This document shows, in pieces, positions 19,493 to 29,200 of a stretch of DNA of 32,000 nucleotides; the first letter of the stretch is position 1, and every line of letters starts with the position of its first letter. The translations under genes were made by a program, and so were the position numbers. The notes under the pieces were generated by a model. That model saw only the letters and a program-made list of their open reading frames with translations. It was not told the origin of the DNA and searched no databases. The stretch is from sequence record OY978111.1. One strand, given 5' to 3'.

Positions 19493-19664
19493 CAAAGACT
19501 GTGCTTTTAGTTAGCTCGAAAAAGTTTTTGTTTGTCTCCACATAACGTGCGAGTCTTTTCTTCACATAAAGAAAGCTGAGGTCATCTCACTCTCTTCTAA
19601 CCTATTTATGTTGTTTGTGTAAAGAATCTTCACAACGCGACAAATCTAATTGAGAGATTTAAAA

Positions 19665-19689
19665 ATCAGCGAAGCTGCGCTTTACAGAA
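19665..19689 (-). repeat. SDR-A copy ~110 nt upstream of rpoB
   Basis: The reverse complement, ttctgtaaagcgcagcttcgctgat, differs from the family core at 3 positions. Confidence 0.8.
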
Positions 19690-19797
19690 GAGGGTCGATC
19701 TATTTCGAACCGTTTTCGTTCTGAATTTTTTTTAGGCTAAAGCATCTTGAAGACGTTTTTAAAGAACGTCTTGATATAGTATACCAAAAACCAACGT

Positions 19798-22700
19798 ATG
19801 GCGGATAAAATTACAATTGCATCGAAAGAAACAAAATTTTTTCCAGTCCTCCCAGATTTAGTTGGGCTGCAGTATGGAAGTTTTCAACAATTTGTGGCAA
19901 AAGGGTTTGTGGAAGCATTAAACCCGGTGAATCCATTGATTTGTAAATACGGTGAAAATTCTTTCACACTTCGATTTTTTCCAGAAAAAATTCAATTCAC
20001 ACAACCAAAAGGAACGGAAAAAGATGCTCTAAAGTTTGGGAAAACTTATGGGTGTTGTGTGTATATTCCAACTTTACTCACTTCTACGCAATGGACTGAA
20101 CCTAAAATGGAATGGGTTTTTCTTGGCTTTCTTCCCATTATGACCAAAGCGGGTCACTTTGTTATCAATGGAATTCCCCGCGTAGTTTTATACCAAATGA
20201 TTCGAACACCAGGAGTATATAAACTTTGGAAAGATTCACGCACCGGTGTTCCAACGGTTCGAATCGTACCCGAACAAGGAAGTTGGTTAAATATTACAAT
20301 CGACAAAAAAAACAAGGTTTGGGTCACAACTCGACTTTTACGACGAAAAATTTCCGTTCTAGTGTTTCTCCAAGCTCTCGGCATTTCATTTAAAGAACTA
20401 CAAACTCGACTTGATCAAGCCCATTTATTAAATAAAAGTCTTTTGAAATCGTTAAACACAGACTTAGAATCAACGAAAAAAACACGCCAAGGCCGAATTT
20501 ACGAGCGTGCTAAATTAACTGATCATCCCCAAACACAAGCAGAAGCATGCCGATATATTTATGCACACGTTCAAGAATATTCATCTATTGGACGCGATCA
20601 GCCGATTACAAATGAAACCGCATTGAAATTTTTTCAGACTGTAGTTTGGAATGAAAAGACGCGAAATTTAGGTATTCTTGGTCGTGAACAATTTCGAGGG
20701 AAATTAGGAAGTGTCACTCCAAAACATCACACGTTTGTAACGGCCGATGATATGGTTCGGGCAACAGGTAGTCTACTCGACTTACTTTCTGGGAAAAAAG
20801 GCGATGATATTGATAGTTTAACAAATAAACGTGTTCGTGGGTGTCAAGAATTTTTAAAAGATCAACTTGTTCGAGGAGTAAAGGAATTTGAAGCCGGCTT
20901 CGCACGAAAATTACTTCTTGGTTCTCAAAACGATGTAGATACTGTCTGGAAATACCAAAAATCAAGCTTGGCCAAGTCAGTCAGTAAAGCTTGGAAAAGT
21001 TTTTTCACTAGTGGAACATTAGCTCAATTTTTAGATGAAACTAATCCACTAGCAGAAACTACTCATAAACGCAGAATGACTGTACTTGGGCCTGGTGGGG
21101 TGAGCGGGAAACAAAGTACAATTCAAATTCGCGGTATTCATCCAACCTATTATGGCCGTTTATGTCCAATTGAAACCCCCGAAGGCCAAAACGCTGGGCT
21201 TGTAAATTCATTAACCGTATTTTCTCGACCAAATTTTCTTGGGTTTTTAGAAACACCTTTTTATACGGTGTATCGCGGACAAGTTCAAAAATTAAGCAAT
21301 CCTAAATTTTATGTTCCATCTGATGAATCTTCTTTTCTTTTAGCACCTGCTGATATTGATGTTTCTGAAACATTAACTTTTCCAAAAACTAAGATTCCAG
21401 TTCGAAAAAACTTAAAATTTGAATACGGTATATGGAATCAGATTACAAATCAATCAATCGGGATTTTACAAATGATTTCGATTGCCACGAGCTTAATTCC
21501 ATTTCTTGAACATGATGATGCCAATCGTGCTTTGATGGGCTCGAATATGCAACGTCAGGCTGTTCCGGTGATTCAACCAGACGAACCTTATGTACAAACC
21601 GGTCTTGAAAGTCGTGTGATTTCAGATGTTCAGCATTCAGTGCATACAAATTCTAGTGGGTATATTACTTCCGTAAATGCTCGTAATATAAAAATATATA
21701 CACCATCACAAGCGTTGCCAAGCAATACAATAGATGGTGAAACTTTTGCGCCACTGCGTTTATTTGATAACAAAGAGATAGAAAGAAGCAGCACAGCGAG
21801 TATCGCTATTTCAAAACAAAAGTTTTCTCTCACAACTCGCCACTTTTTCTCTAATACACACCACTTGCCAGTTACTCAACTTCAAAGTCAAATACCACAG
21901 CCTGGATCTTCATCTTCAGTCAAACAAGGACAGCAAAGCTGCCGCATTGTACCAAGAACGGGAGGGTTAAAAAAAACCGTTTCTACGATCGCCTTTGACC
22001 TCTATCAACGCACAAATCAAAGCACATGTAAATCACATCGACCAACAGTTTTTGAAGGGGAATGGGTCCAAAAATTTGATCTTTTAGCGGATGGAGCTGC
22101 GAGTCAAAAAGGAAAAATAGCCTTAGGTAAAAATATTCTTGTCGCGTATTTACCTTGGGAAGGCTATAATTTTGAAGATGCAATTCTAATTAGTGAGCGA
22201 TTAGTACGTGACGACGTTTTTACATCACTGCATCTTGATTATTATGAACTTGAAGTTAAAAATACACAATACGGACTTGAAACAATCACAAGACAACTTC
22301 CTATTGATGTGACTGATTCAGATATGGACCTCCTTCGAATTCAACGTCTGGAATTAAATGGACTTCTGCCCGTTGGCAGTTGGGTTGAAGAAGGTGATTA
22401 TTTAGTTGGCAAAATAACACCAATGAACCCGAAAGGGCCTTCGGTTCATCATCAATATGAAAAATTGTATAACGTGATTATGCAAAGAGAAAACACGACC
22501 GTTCGTAATACAAGTCTTCGAGTTCCAAAAGGAGTTGAAGGTTTTGTATTTGCAGTAGAAGTACTGCCTCCGAAAGAAGCTGATGTGAGTGCTATAGCCC
22601 CAAAAAATGCTATTTTACGTGTTCGCGTGGCTCTTCTTCAACGGCGTAAAATTCAAGTCGGAGATAAAATGGCAGGACGCCATGGAAATAAAGGTATTGT

Positions 22701-23460
22701 TTCAAAGATTTTACCAGAGTATGACATGCCGTATTTACCAGATGGTCGTCCAGTTGATATTGTTTTAAATCCATTGGGAGTGCCTTCTCGAATGAATGTT
22801 GGTCAGATTTTGGAATGTCTTCTTGGGTTAGCAGGGTCGTACTTAAACGAATCATATACTATGAAATTATTCGATGAACAAGTAGGAGCGGAAGCCTCAC
22901 GTAGTTTTGTCTATTCCAAACTATTTGAAGCGTCGGTAAAAACAAGAAATTCATGGCTTTTTGAACCCCATCATCCTGGAAAAATGAAACTTTTTGATGG
23001 CCGAACTGGGCTACCATTTGATCAAGCTATTTCAGTTGGATGTACGTATATGCTGAAATTAGTTCATTTGGTAGATGATAAAATTCATGCTCGTTCAACA
23101 GGACCTTATTCTGCCATAACACAACAACCAGTTCGAGGTCGATCTCGGAAAGGTGGGCAACGTGTCGGAGAAATGGAAGTCTGGGCTTTACAAGCTTATG
23201 GGGCTGCAGCTATTCTTCAAGAACTTTTAACCATTAAATCTGACGATGTTGATGGAAGAAAAGAAGCAGTGTTTCGAATTTATACGAATCAACCAATTCA
23301 ATTCGGACCGCCAGAAAGTTTTCGTGTTTTAATTCGAGAACTTCAAGCATTATGTTTTGATTTAAAATTATTTACAAAACTCCCACCACAGAGCAAATTG
23401 AGCAATCCAAGATTACACGCAAGTTTTGCTGAACTTGAGATTCTTCAAAATCTTACCTAG
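19798..23460 (+). CDS. rpoB: RNA polymerase beta subunit (single uninterrupted ORF, 1220 aa, with internal insertion)
   Basis: Conserved blocks include ..PIETPEGQNAGLVNSL.., ..NRALMGSNMQRQAVP.., ..YQRTNQSTC.., ..GYNFEDAILISERL.., ..GDKMAGRHGNKGIVSKILP.. and ..GGQRVGEMEVWALQAYGAA.. Confidence 0.98.
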   Translation: MADKITIASKETKFFPVLPDLVGLQYGSFQQFVAKGFVEALNPVNPLICKYGENSFTLRFFPEKIQFTQPKGTEKDALKFGKTYGCCVYIPTLLTSTQWTEPKMEWVFLGFLPIMTKAGHFVINGIPRVVLYQMIRTPGVYKLWKDSRTGVPTVRIVPEQGSWLNITIDKKNKVWVTTRLLRRKISVLVFLQALGISFKELQTRLDQAHLLNKSLLKSLNTDLESTKKTRQGRIYERAKLTDHPQTQAEACRYIYAHVQEYSSIGRDQPITNETALKFFQTVVWNEKTRNLGILGREQFRGKLGSVTPKHHTFVTADDMVRATGSLLDLLSGKKGDDIDSLTNKRVRGCQEFLKDQLVRGVKEFEAGFARKLLLGSQNDVDTVWKYQKSSLAKSVSKAWKSFFTSGTLAQFLDETNPLAETTHKRRMTVLGPGGVSGKQSTIQIRGIHPTYYGRLCPIETPEGQNAGLVNSLTVFSRPNFLGFLETPFYTVYRGQVQKLSNPKFYVPSDESSFLLAPADIDVSETLTFPKTKIPVRKNLKFEYGIWNQITNQSIGILQMISIATSLIPFLEHDDANRALMGSNMQRQAVPVIQPDEPYVQTGLESRVISDVQHSVHTNSSGYITSVNARNIKIYTPSQALPSNTIDGETFAPLRLFDNKEIERSSTASIAISKQKFSLTTRHFFSNTHHLPVTQLQSQIPQPGSSSSVKQGQQSCRIVPRTGGLKKTVSTIAFDLYQRTNQSTCKSHRPTVFEGEWVQKFDLLADGAASQKGKIALGKNILVAYLPWEGYNFEDAILISERLVRDDVFTSLHLDYYELEVKNTQYGLETITRQLPIDVTDSDMDLLRIQRLELNGLLPVGSWVEEGDYLVGKITPMNPKGPSVHHQYEKLYNVIMQRENTTVRNTSLRVPKGVEGFVFAVEVLPPKEADVSAIAPKNAILRVRVALLQRRKIQVGDKMAGRHGNKGIVSKILPEYDMPYLPDGRPVDIVLNPLGVPSRMNVGQILECLLGLAGSYLNESYTMKLFDEQVGAEASRSFVYSKLFEASVKTRNSWLFEPHHPGKMKLFDGRTGLPFDQAISVGCTYMLKLVHLVDDKIHARSTGPYSAITQQPVRGRSRKGGQRVGEMEVWALQAYGAAAILQELLTIKSDDVDGRKEAVFRIYTNQPIQFGPPESFRVLIRELQALCFDLKLFTKLPPQSKLSNPRLHASFAELEILQNLT

Positions 23461-23487
23461 TGGTTATATACTTGAGTCCTTTTTTCA

Positions 23488-23505
23488 AAGCGAAGCGTCG
23501 CTGAC
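23488..23505 (+). repeat. SDR-A shortened copy 27 nt after the rpoB stop
   Basis: The sequence aagcgaagcgtcgctgac is the family core with a ~5-nt internal deletion. It still folds as agcga-agcg-tcgct. Confidence 0.6.
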
Positions 23506-23747
23506 TTTTTAGATACCTCTAGAATTGTTTGAGAGTATGTTACAGCAATGCTACGCTGTCTATAATTTTTATTTTTTACACAAACATAGAAGCACGTCTT
23601 ATTTAATCCACTTAAGTTAAAAAAGTTTTTAAATATACAGCTAATGTAAGGTTTTACTTTACGACGCTGCACTTCTCGAAGAGATGATATTGCTTCTTGT
23701 TTATAGTTTTTAACTATAAACAAGAAAAAAAAAAAAGAGGTTTTTCG

Positions 23748-26165
23748 ATGCAAAAACGAGAAAGTAGAAATTTTCACCAGTTGGAAATCGGGCTCGCCTC
23801 TCCAAAAGAAATCAGATACTGGGGGGAAAGGGTCCTACCGAACGGCGAAAGCGTAGGCGAAGTTACTAGCTGGGAAACTGTCAATTACAAAACATTAAAA
23901 CCAGAGCCAAACGGCTTATTTTGTCAGAAAATTTTTGGTCCAGTGGTTGATTATACTTGTGCTTGTGGAAAAAAAGCAGGGAAATTAACTGTTGCAACCC
24001 AAGGGACTGATACCGCATTTCCTAAACGAAATTTTTGCCCGAAATGTGGGGTAGAACGAACAACTTCTCAAGTTCGTCGAACTAGAATGGGATTTATTCA
24101 TTTAAAGCAACCACTTGCTCATACCCTTTACGCATCCCAGAAACCTTCTCCTTTAGCTTTATGTCTAAATTGGCCCAATCGAAAACTTCAAACTGTTCTT
24201 TATGCAACTGAATTTAGTCATTTATCTCCATCTTTTGAGTATTTTAATAATGAACGATTTAGTCCTTATGCTATTAGCTGGGAACGATCTAATTTCTTAA
24301 TTTCTCCGAAAGAACCGAAAGAAAATGATTCATTAAAAAGCCTCTCACGGATTACACTATCAGAATCTTCGACTAGTTCTATGTTGTTTTTTTTACAACA
24401 AACTCCTGTCAAATTAAGTCCGAAACAGCCAAAACTATTTCGATCATCAACTCAGCAAAAACGTGCTATTTTTCAAACACTATATTCGAAAAAAGCGCTC
24501 CCTTTTTCTACTGGGTTATATGGGGTACGTCACGATATGACGTGGCGTGAAGTTGAGGCTTTTCAATGTTTTTTAATGTATATGTGGGAATACTCAAAAC
24601 AAACCGATGGACTAATTCCCCACTATTCGGTGATGCAGAAGACTAAAAAATCAGATAGATATCGTGCTCTTCACCCTCAATATTTTCCAATACAAACAGG
24701 GGCAGGGGTATTTCAAAAACTTCTTTCTTATTATGATCTTGTAGGTCTTCAAAGACAGATGGCATTAGATATTAAAGAAGTACAAGTAACTATAAGATAT
24801 CTTACTCAACAAATTGATCGTTATGAGTCAGTTGGATGGGAAGAAACCAAAGAATGTAAAAAATACAAGAAACAGCGCAATAAATTTTCCGAGCTTGAAA
24901 AAATGTTCCTCCGTCGATTAAATTATTTTAGGGATTTTTACAAAGCAAAAAGTCGACCGGAATGGATGATTTTAAGTTATTTACCAGTGTTACCACCGGG
25001 ACTTCGGCCCATTACTTCAATTCGTGGGGAATTAGTAATTTCAGATCTCAATAGTTTATATCGTAAAGTGTTAACTCGAAATCGGCGACTTGTAAGCTCC
25101 ACTCGATTTGGTATTTTTGATACTGCTTTAAGCGGAAGTTGGGCATCTTGGTGTTATAATCTCCGTCAAGTTCAAGAAGCTGTAGATAGTTTATTAAAAA
25201 CAGGCAAAGTAGACTCTGGAAAAACTACCAAATCACTCTTAGATGCTTTAAAAGGCAAACGAGGTCGTTTTCGCCAACATCTTTTAGGCAAACGTGTTGA
25301 TTATTCTGGTCGGTCTGTAATTGTAGTTGGCCCAAAATTAAAAATTTATGAGTGCGGTTTACCAAAAAAAATGGCGATCGAATTATTTCAACCATTTTTA
25401 ATCCAACAATTACGAAATAAAGGTATTGCTTTTACAACAACGGGAGCAAAAGCTCTTATTCTTGAACAAAAACCAATTATTTGGACTCTCCTTCGTGAAA
25501 TTTTACAGAGTCATCCAGTATTACTAAATAGAGCACCAACTCTCCATCGTTTAGGAATTCAAGCCTTTCTTCCAAAATTAGTTGATGGAAAAGCTATTTT
25601 ATTACATCCACTTGTATGTCCAGCCTTTAATGCGGATTTCGACGGCGATCAAATGGCAGTCCACATTCCACTTTCACCTGCTGCACGCGCAGAAGCTTTT
25701 AATTTAGTCTTAGCGTCCAATCATTTGTTATCACCCGCATTAGGAAACCCACTACTTTTACCAACCCAAGATATGATTTTGGGCTGTTATTATTTAACAA
25801 TTTCAAAAGAACGACAAGAGAAACGAATTTACTCAAGCTCAAAATCCGTTTTTCTTATCAATAAAGTTGACATTTATTACTTTAATTTTGAACAAGTAAT
25901 TCATGACTATCAAATACATCGACTTGGATTACATACACCAATTTGGGTTATTTGGAATAAAAAAGTTCAAAGTTTACTTCAACCAAACCAACGAAATTCC
26001 CCTTTAGAAGTCAGAGTTTCTCCATCCGGAAAAACTGAATATTTTTATTTCGAAAAATATAAAATTCAGTTTTCTCATTCTGTCACTCAATTTACTTCCC
26101 CGCAGGAGTGTTTTATTCGGACAACTCCCGGAAGAATTCTTTTTTCTCAAAAAACTTTTCAATAA
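23748..26165 (+). CDS. rpoC1: RNA polymerase beta' subunit, N-terminal part
   Basis: The ATG at 23748 (MQKRESRNFHQLEIGLASPKEIRYWGER...) is preceded by AGAGG at 23736-23740, whereas the track ORF starts at TTG 23697. The gene carries the Zn-finger-like C-x-C...C-x2-C, then RPEWMILSYLPVLPPGLRP, and the catalytic NADFDGDQMAVH. Confidence 0.97.
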   Translation: MQKRESRNFHQLEIGLASPKEIRYWGERVLPNGESVGEVTSWETVNYKTLKPEPNGLFCQKIFGPVVDYTCACGKKAGKLTVATQGTDTAFPKRNFCPKCGVERTTSQVRRTRMGFIHLKQPLAHTLYASQKPSPLALCLNWPNRKLQTVLYATEFSHLSPSFEYFNNERFSPYAISWERSNFLISPKEPKENDSLKSLSRITLSESSTSSMLFFLQQTPVKLSPKQPKLFRSSTQQKRAIFQTLYSKKALPFSTGLYGVRHDMTWREVEAFQCFLMYMWEYSKQTDGLIPHYSVMQKTKKSDRYRALHPQYFPIQTGAGVFQKLLSYYDLVGLQRQMALDIKEVQVTIRYLTQQIDRYESVGWEETKECKKYKKQRNKFSELEKMFLRRLNYFRDFYKAKSRPEWMILSYLPVLPPGLRPITSIRGELVISDLNSLYRKVLTRNRRLVSSTRFGIFDTALSGSWASWCYNLRQVQEAVDSLLKTGKVDSGKTTKSLLDALKGKRGRFRQHLLGKRVDYSGRSVIVVGPKLKIYECGLPKKMAIELFQPFLIQQLRNKGIAFTTTGAKALILEQKPIIWTLLREILQSHPVLLNRAPTLHRLGIQAFLPKLVDGKAILLHPLVCPAFNADFDGDQMAVHIPLSPAARAEAFNLVLASNHLLSPALGNPLLLPTQDMILGCYYLTISKERQEKRIYSSSKSVFLINKVDIYYFNFEQVIHDYQIHRLGLHTPIWVIWNKKVQSLLQPNQRNSPLEVRVSPSGKTEYFYFEKYKIQFSHSVTQFTSPQECFIRTTPGRILFSQKTFQ

Positions 26166-26175
26166 GATCTTTGAT

Positions 26176-26195
26176 AAGCTGCGCTTTACAGCAGG
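26176..26195 (-). repeat. SDR-A partial copy 10 nt after the rpoC1 stop
   Basis: The 16-mer aagctgcgctttacag is identical to 19672-19687. Confidence 0.65.
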
Positions 26196-26260
26196 AATTC
26201 TGATTTCTTGATAGGTACCAGTAAAAAAAAAGAAGTATTATCAACGGAGTTTTTAAAAGT

Positions 26261-29200
26261 ATGAATATCTCGAAATCCAAACACCGGGAAGAGATCTTTT
26301 TTAATGCTTGTTTCGATAAAAATAGTGTAAAAAATCTCGTTTCATGGTATTTAAATACTTATGGTGAAAAAGCGACTCTTAATTTTTTAGAATCGCTAAA
26401 AACATTAGGTTTTCACCAAGCCACACAAGCAGGGGTGTCTTTAGGTCTTGATGATTTACAAATACCTCAGGAAAAACCTAGCTTTATCACAAAAGCACAT
26501 ATAGCTACACACAAAATTGAACAACAAGTTGCTGCAGGGTCCTTAACCAGCGTTGAAAAATCACAATGCTTAATTGATACATGGAACCAAACCAGTGATC
26601 TCCTGCGACAGGCGGCAGTTCAAAATTTTCGAAAGACTAATCTTCTCAATCCCGTATATATGATGGCTTTTTCGGGAGCTCGAGGAAATGTGTCTCAAGT
26701 ACGTCAACTAGTAGGCATGCGAGGATTAATGGCGGATCCACAAGGGGCGATTTTAGAATTTCCAATTCAAAGTAATTTCCGTGAAGGATTAACCGTGACA
26801 GAATATTTAATTTCTTGTTATGGGGCCCGAAAAGGTTTAGTTGATACCGCTTTACGAACCGCAACCTCTGGCTATTTAACAAGACGATTAGTGGATTCGG
26901 CTCAACAAGCTGTGATTTCTATGCGTGATTGTGGAACACTGCGTGCTACTGTTCTTGAAGGAAAAAATTTAGAGAGTCGATTAATAGGTCGTGTTTTAGC
27001 AAACTCATTGGCGGTCATTTGTAATGACCGCAATCATGCGAAGCATGCATTGGAAGCTCAACTTAGTTTTGAAACGAAGCTCGCCTTTGGTCGAAATCAT
27101 CTTATTTCTGCCACAGATGCAAAAATTCTTTCAAAAAATTATACTCAAATAGTCGTTCGATCCCCGTTAACGTGTGAGTCAACAACATCAGTTTGTCAAT
27201 TATGTTATGGATGGAATTTAGCTACGGGAAAACTTGTTCAAATGGGAGAAGCAGTGGGTGTCATTGCTGCTCAATCTATTGGGGAACCAGGAACCCAATT
27301 GACCATGCGAACATTCCATACGGGTGGGGTTGGTGTTTTCGCAAATCAAGCCCTCCAACCAATATTGGCTCCTTATAAAGGAAAACTTATTTTTCATTAT
27401 CCACTTACGGGTCATTTTATTCGAACTCCGTACGGAAAAATCGCCTATATGGTGAAACAGAGTCAAATCCAAGGTGATCGACTCATTTGCACACTTGAAC
27501 CGTTTTCCAAAGTTGATCGTGTATTGACGATTCGTGAGCAAGATCTCACACCTGGAAGTTTGCTTTTTGTTAAGCATGGAGAACATGTAGAGCCAAAACA
27601 TGTACTTTTTCAAATATCCCAGCTTAAATTAACAAAACAAACATTACCAGAATCGAGTCATCCAGTCTATTCCCCTGCGGAAGGACAAATATTTTTGGAA
27701 TCAATGAATTTTTTTATCGAAAAAGAAATTCCAACAACTAAAGAGAAAGAAAAAGTGAAACCTGTTTTTAGTTCAAAAGAATCAGGTATTCAAAGAATGA
27801 AGAAATTAGGCACTTTTTGGGTTTTAGCTGCGTCAAATCAACACGAAATTCATGGTGCTGAAAGCGATTCGTTTTCTTCACGTAGCGAAGCTTCGCAACA
27901 AACTTGTTCGTTTTTAGAAACCGGTGATTTTGTTGCGAAAAATAGCATTTTATTTCAGTATAATTTTTATAGTTCGTCAAGAACGCAACTCCAAAAAATT
28001 CATTCTAAACTTACTTTTGGAGTATATACACTTCAAATTCCAATTGAAACAATTGCTTTTTTTCAAAAGTATTATAGATTTACTTCGGCTAACGGAACAT
28101 TTGTCTATAGGAAACAATCAATAAAAAATGGACTTCTTATTTGGTATCCTGCTCTTCGAGAAAAAAGAAAAGATTCCGCATCTATAAGAAAACTTTTGAT
28201 TTCAAAAGCACTCCAAAATAACGCCATTGATTCCCCAAGTGATACATTGGCGGAGCATGCATCGAATTCGATAGGTGGGCCGCGAAGCGGTACAACGATT
28301 GTGTATAGACACATCCCTTCTCTTTATACACAAGTTTTAAAAACAGTAACACTTCCAGCGAAGAAAAATCAAGATGCTCAGAATGGTCAAGATTCACAGG
28401 AATTATTGCAAATTCAAGGGATGATATTTGGAATTCAGTTGTTTTTTCCAAAGACACAATTTTTTAATAACAAATATTTACAAAAAAACTTCTTACCTTG
28501 TTTTGTATTGAATCAGCATACCCCGGAAACAAATCGGATTTCAAGTGATTTTCTCACTGAAATTTTCCAAAAAGATCCCCAACAAAAGACTTTTGTAAGT
28601 GAACCAACTTCGTTTCTATCAACACAAGGATGGGTTTTCTTTTCTCCTAAAAAATTTACTCAAGAACAGCAAAGCTGTCTAAGTGTACGAAGAGCGCCAG
28701 GGCCTTTCCTTAGACGCCAATTTATACCAACTGGACTAATTTTTGAGACACTTTGTTTTCCAAAACGTTCTATATCTGTAAAACCTCTTTCAAGTGTTTG
28801 TTTTGGGAAACGTAAAAAGTTTCAAACCTGGCCGCAAAAACGTGATTGGTATACTCCAAAAATTGTTGGAGATAGGGATACTACTCTCCCAAAAAAATCT
28901 CTGACATATGAAATCCAAAAGAACGTTTGTCCAATACGAAATGGTGTTATTTGGTACTCTCCTACCCAAAAAAACAATAAAAAAGGTCTTCTTCAAAAAA
29001 CTTTTCAAAACTTTGTTTCGTTAAAAACATTCCTCTTGATTCAATCAGTTGTGGAATCTCGACTTCCAAATCAACAAGAGGTTCAAAAACAAGCAGCTAT
29101 TTTAACTGGCAAATCACTAGTTCAAAATACTCATACAGCCTTATTTTCGAAACAAAAATCAACGAAAATACAATTAAAAGCCAAAATTCACTGGAAACTT

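Noticed and set aside
19747-19780. A candidate sigma70-type promoter upstream of rpoB (ttgaag ... tatagt), with similar weak candidates upstream of psbB and rbcL.
   Set aside because: The spacing between the -35-like and -10-like hexamers is ~22 nt for rpoB, which is too long, and the matches elsewhere are poor. In AT-rich DNA such hexamers occur by chance, so they cannot be supported from sequence alone.
23457-23777. A 106-aa minus-strand ORF spanning the rpoB-rpoC1 spacer and the rpoC1 start.
   Set aside because: It is antisense to the rpo operon, K/F/N-rich and low-complexity, and it overlaps the rpoC1 initiation region. No conserved motif is present.
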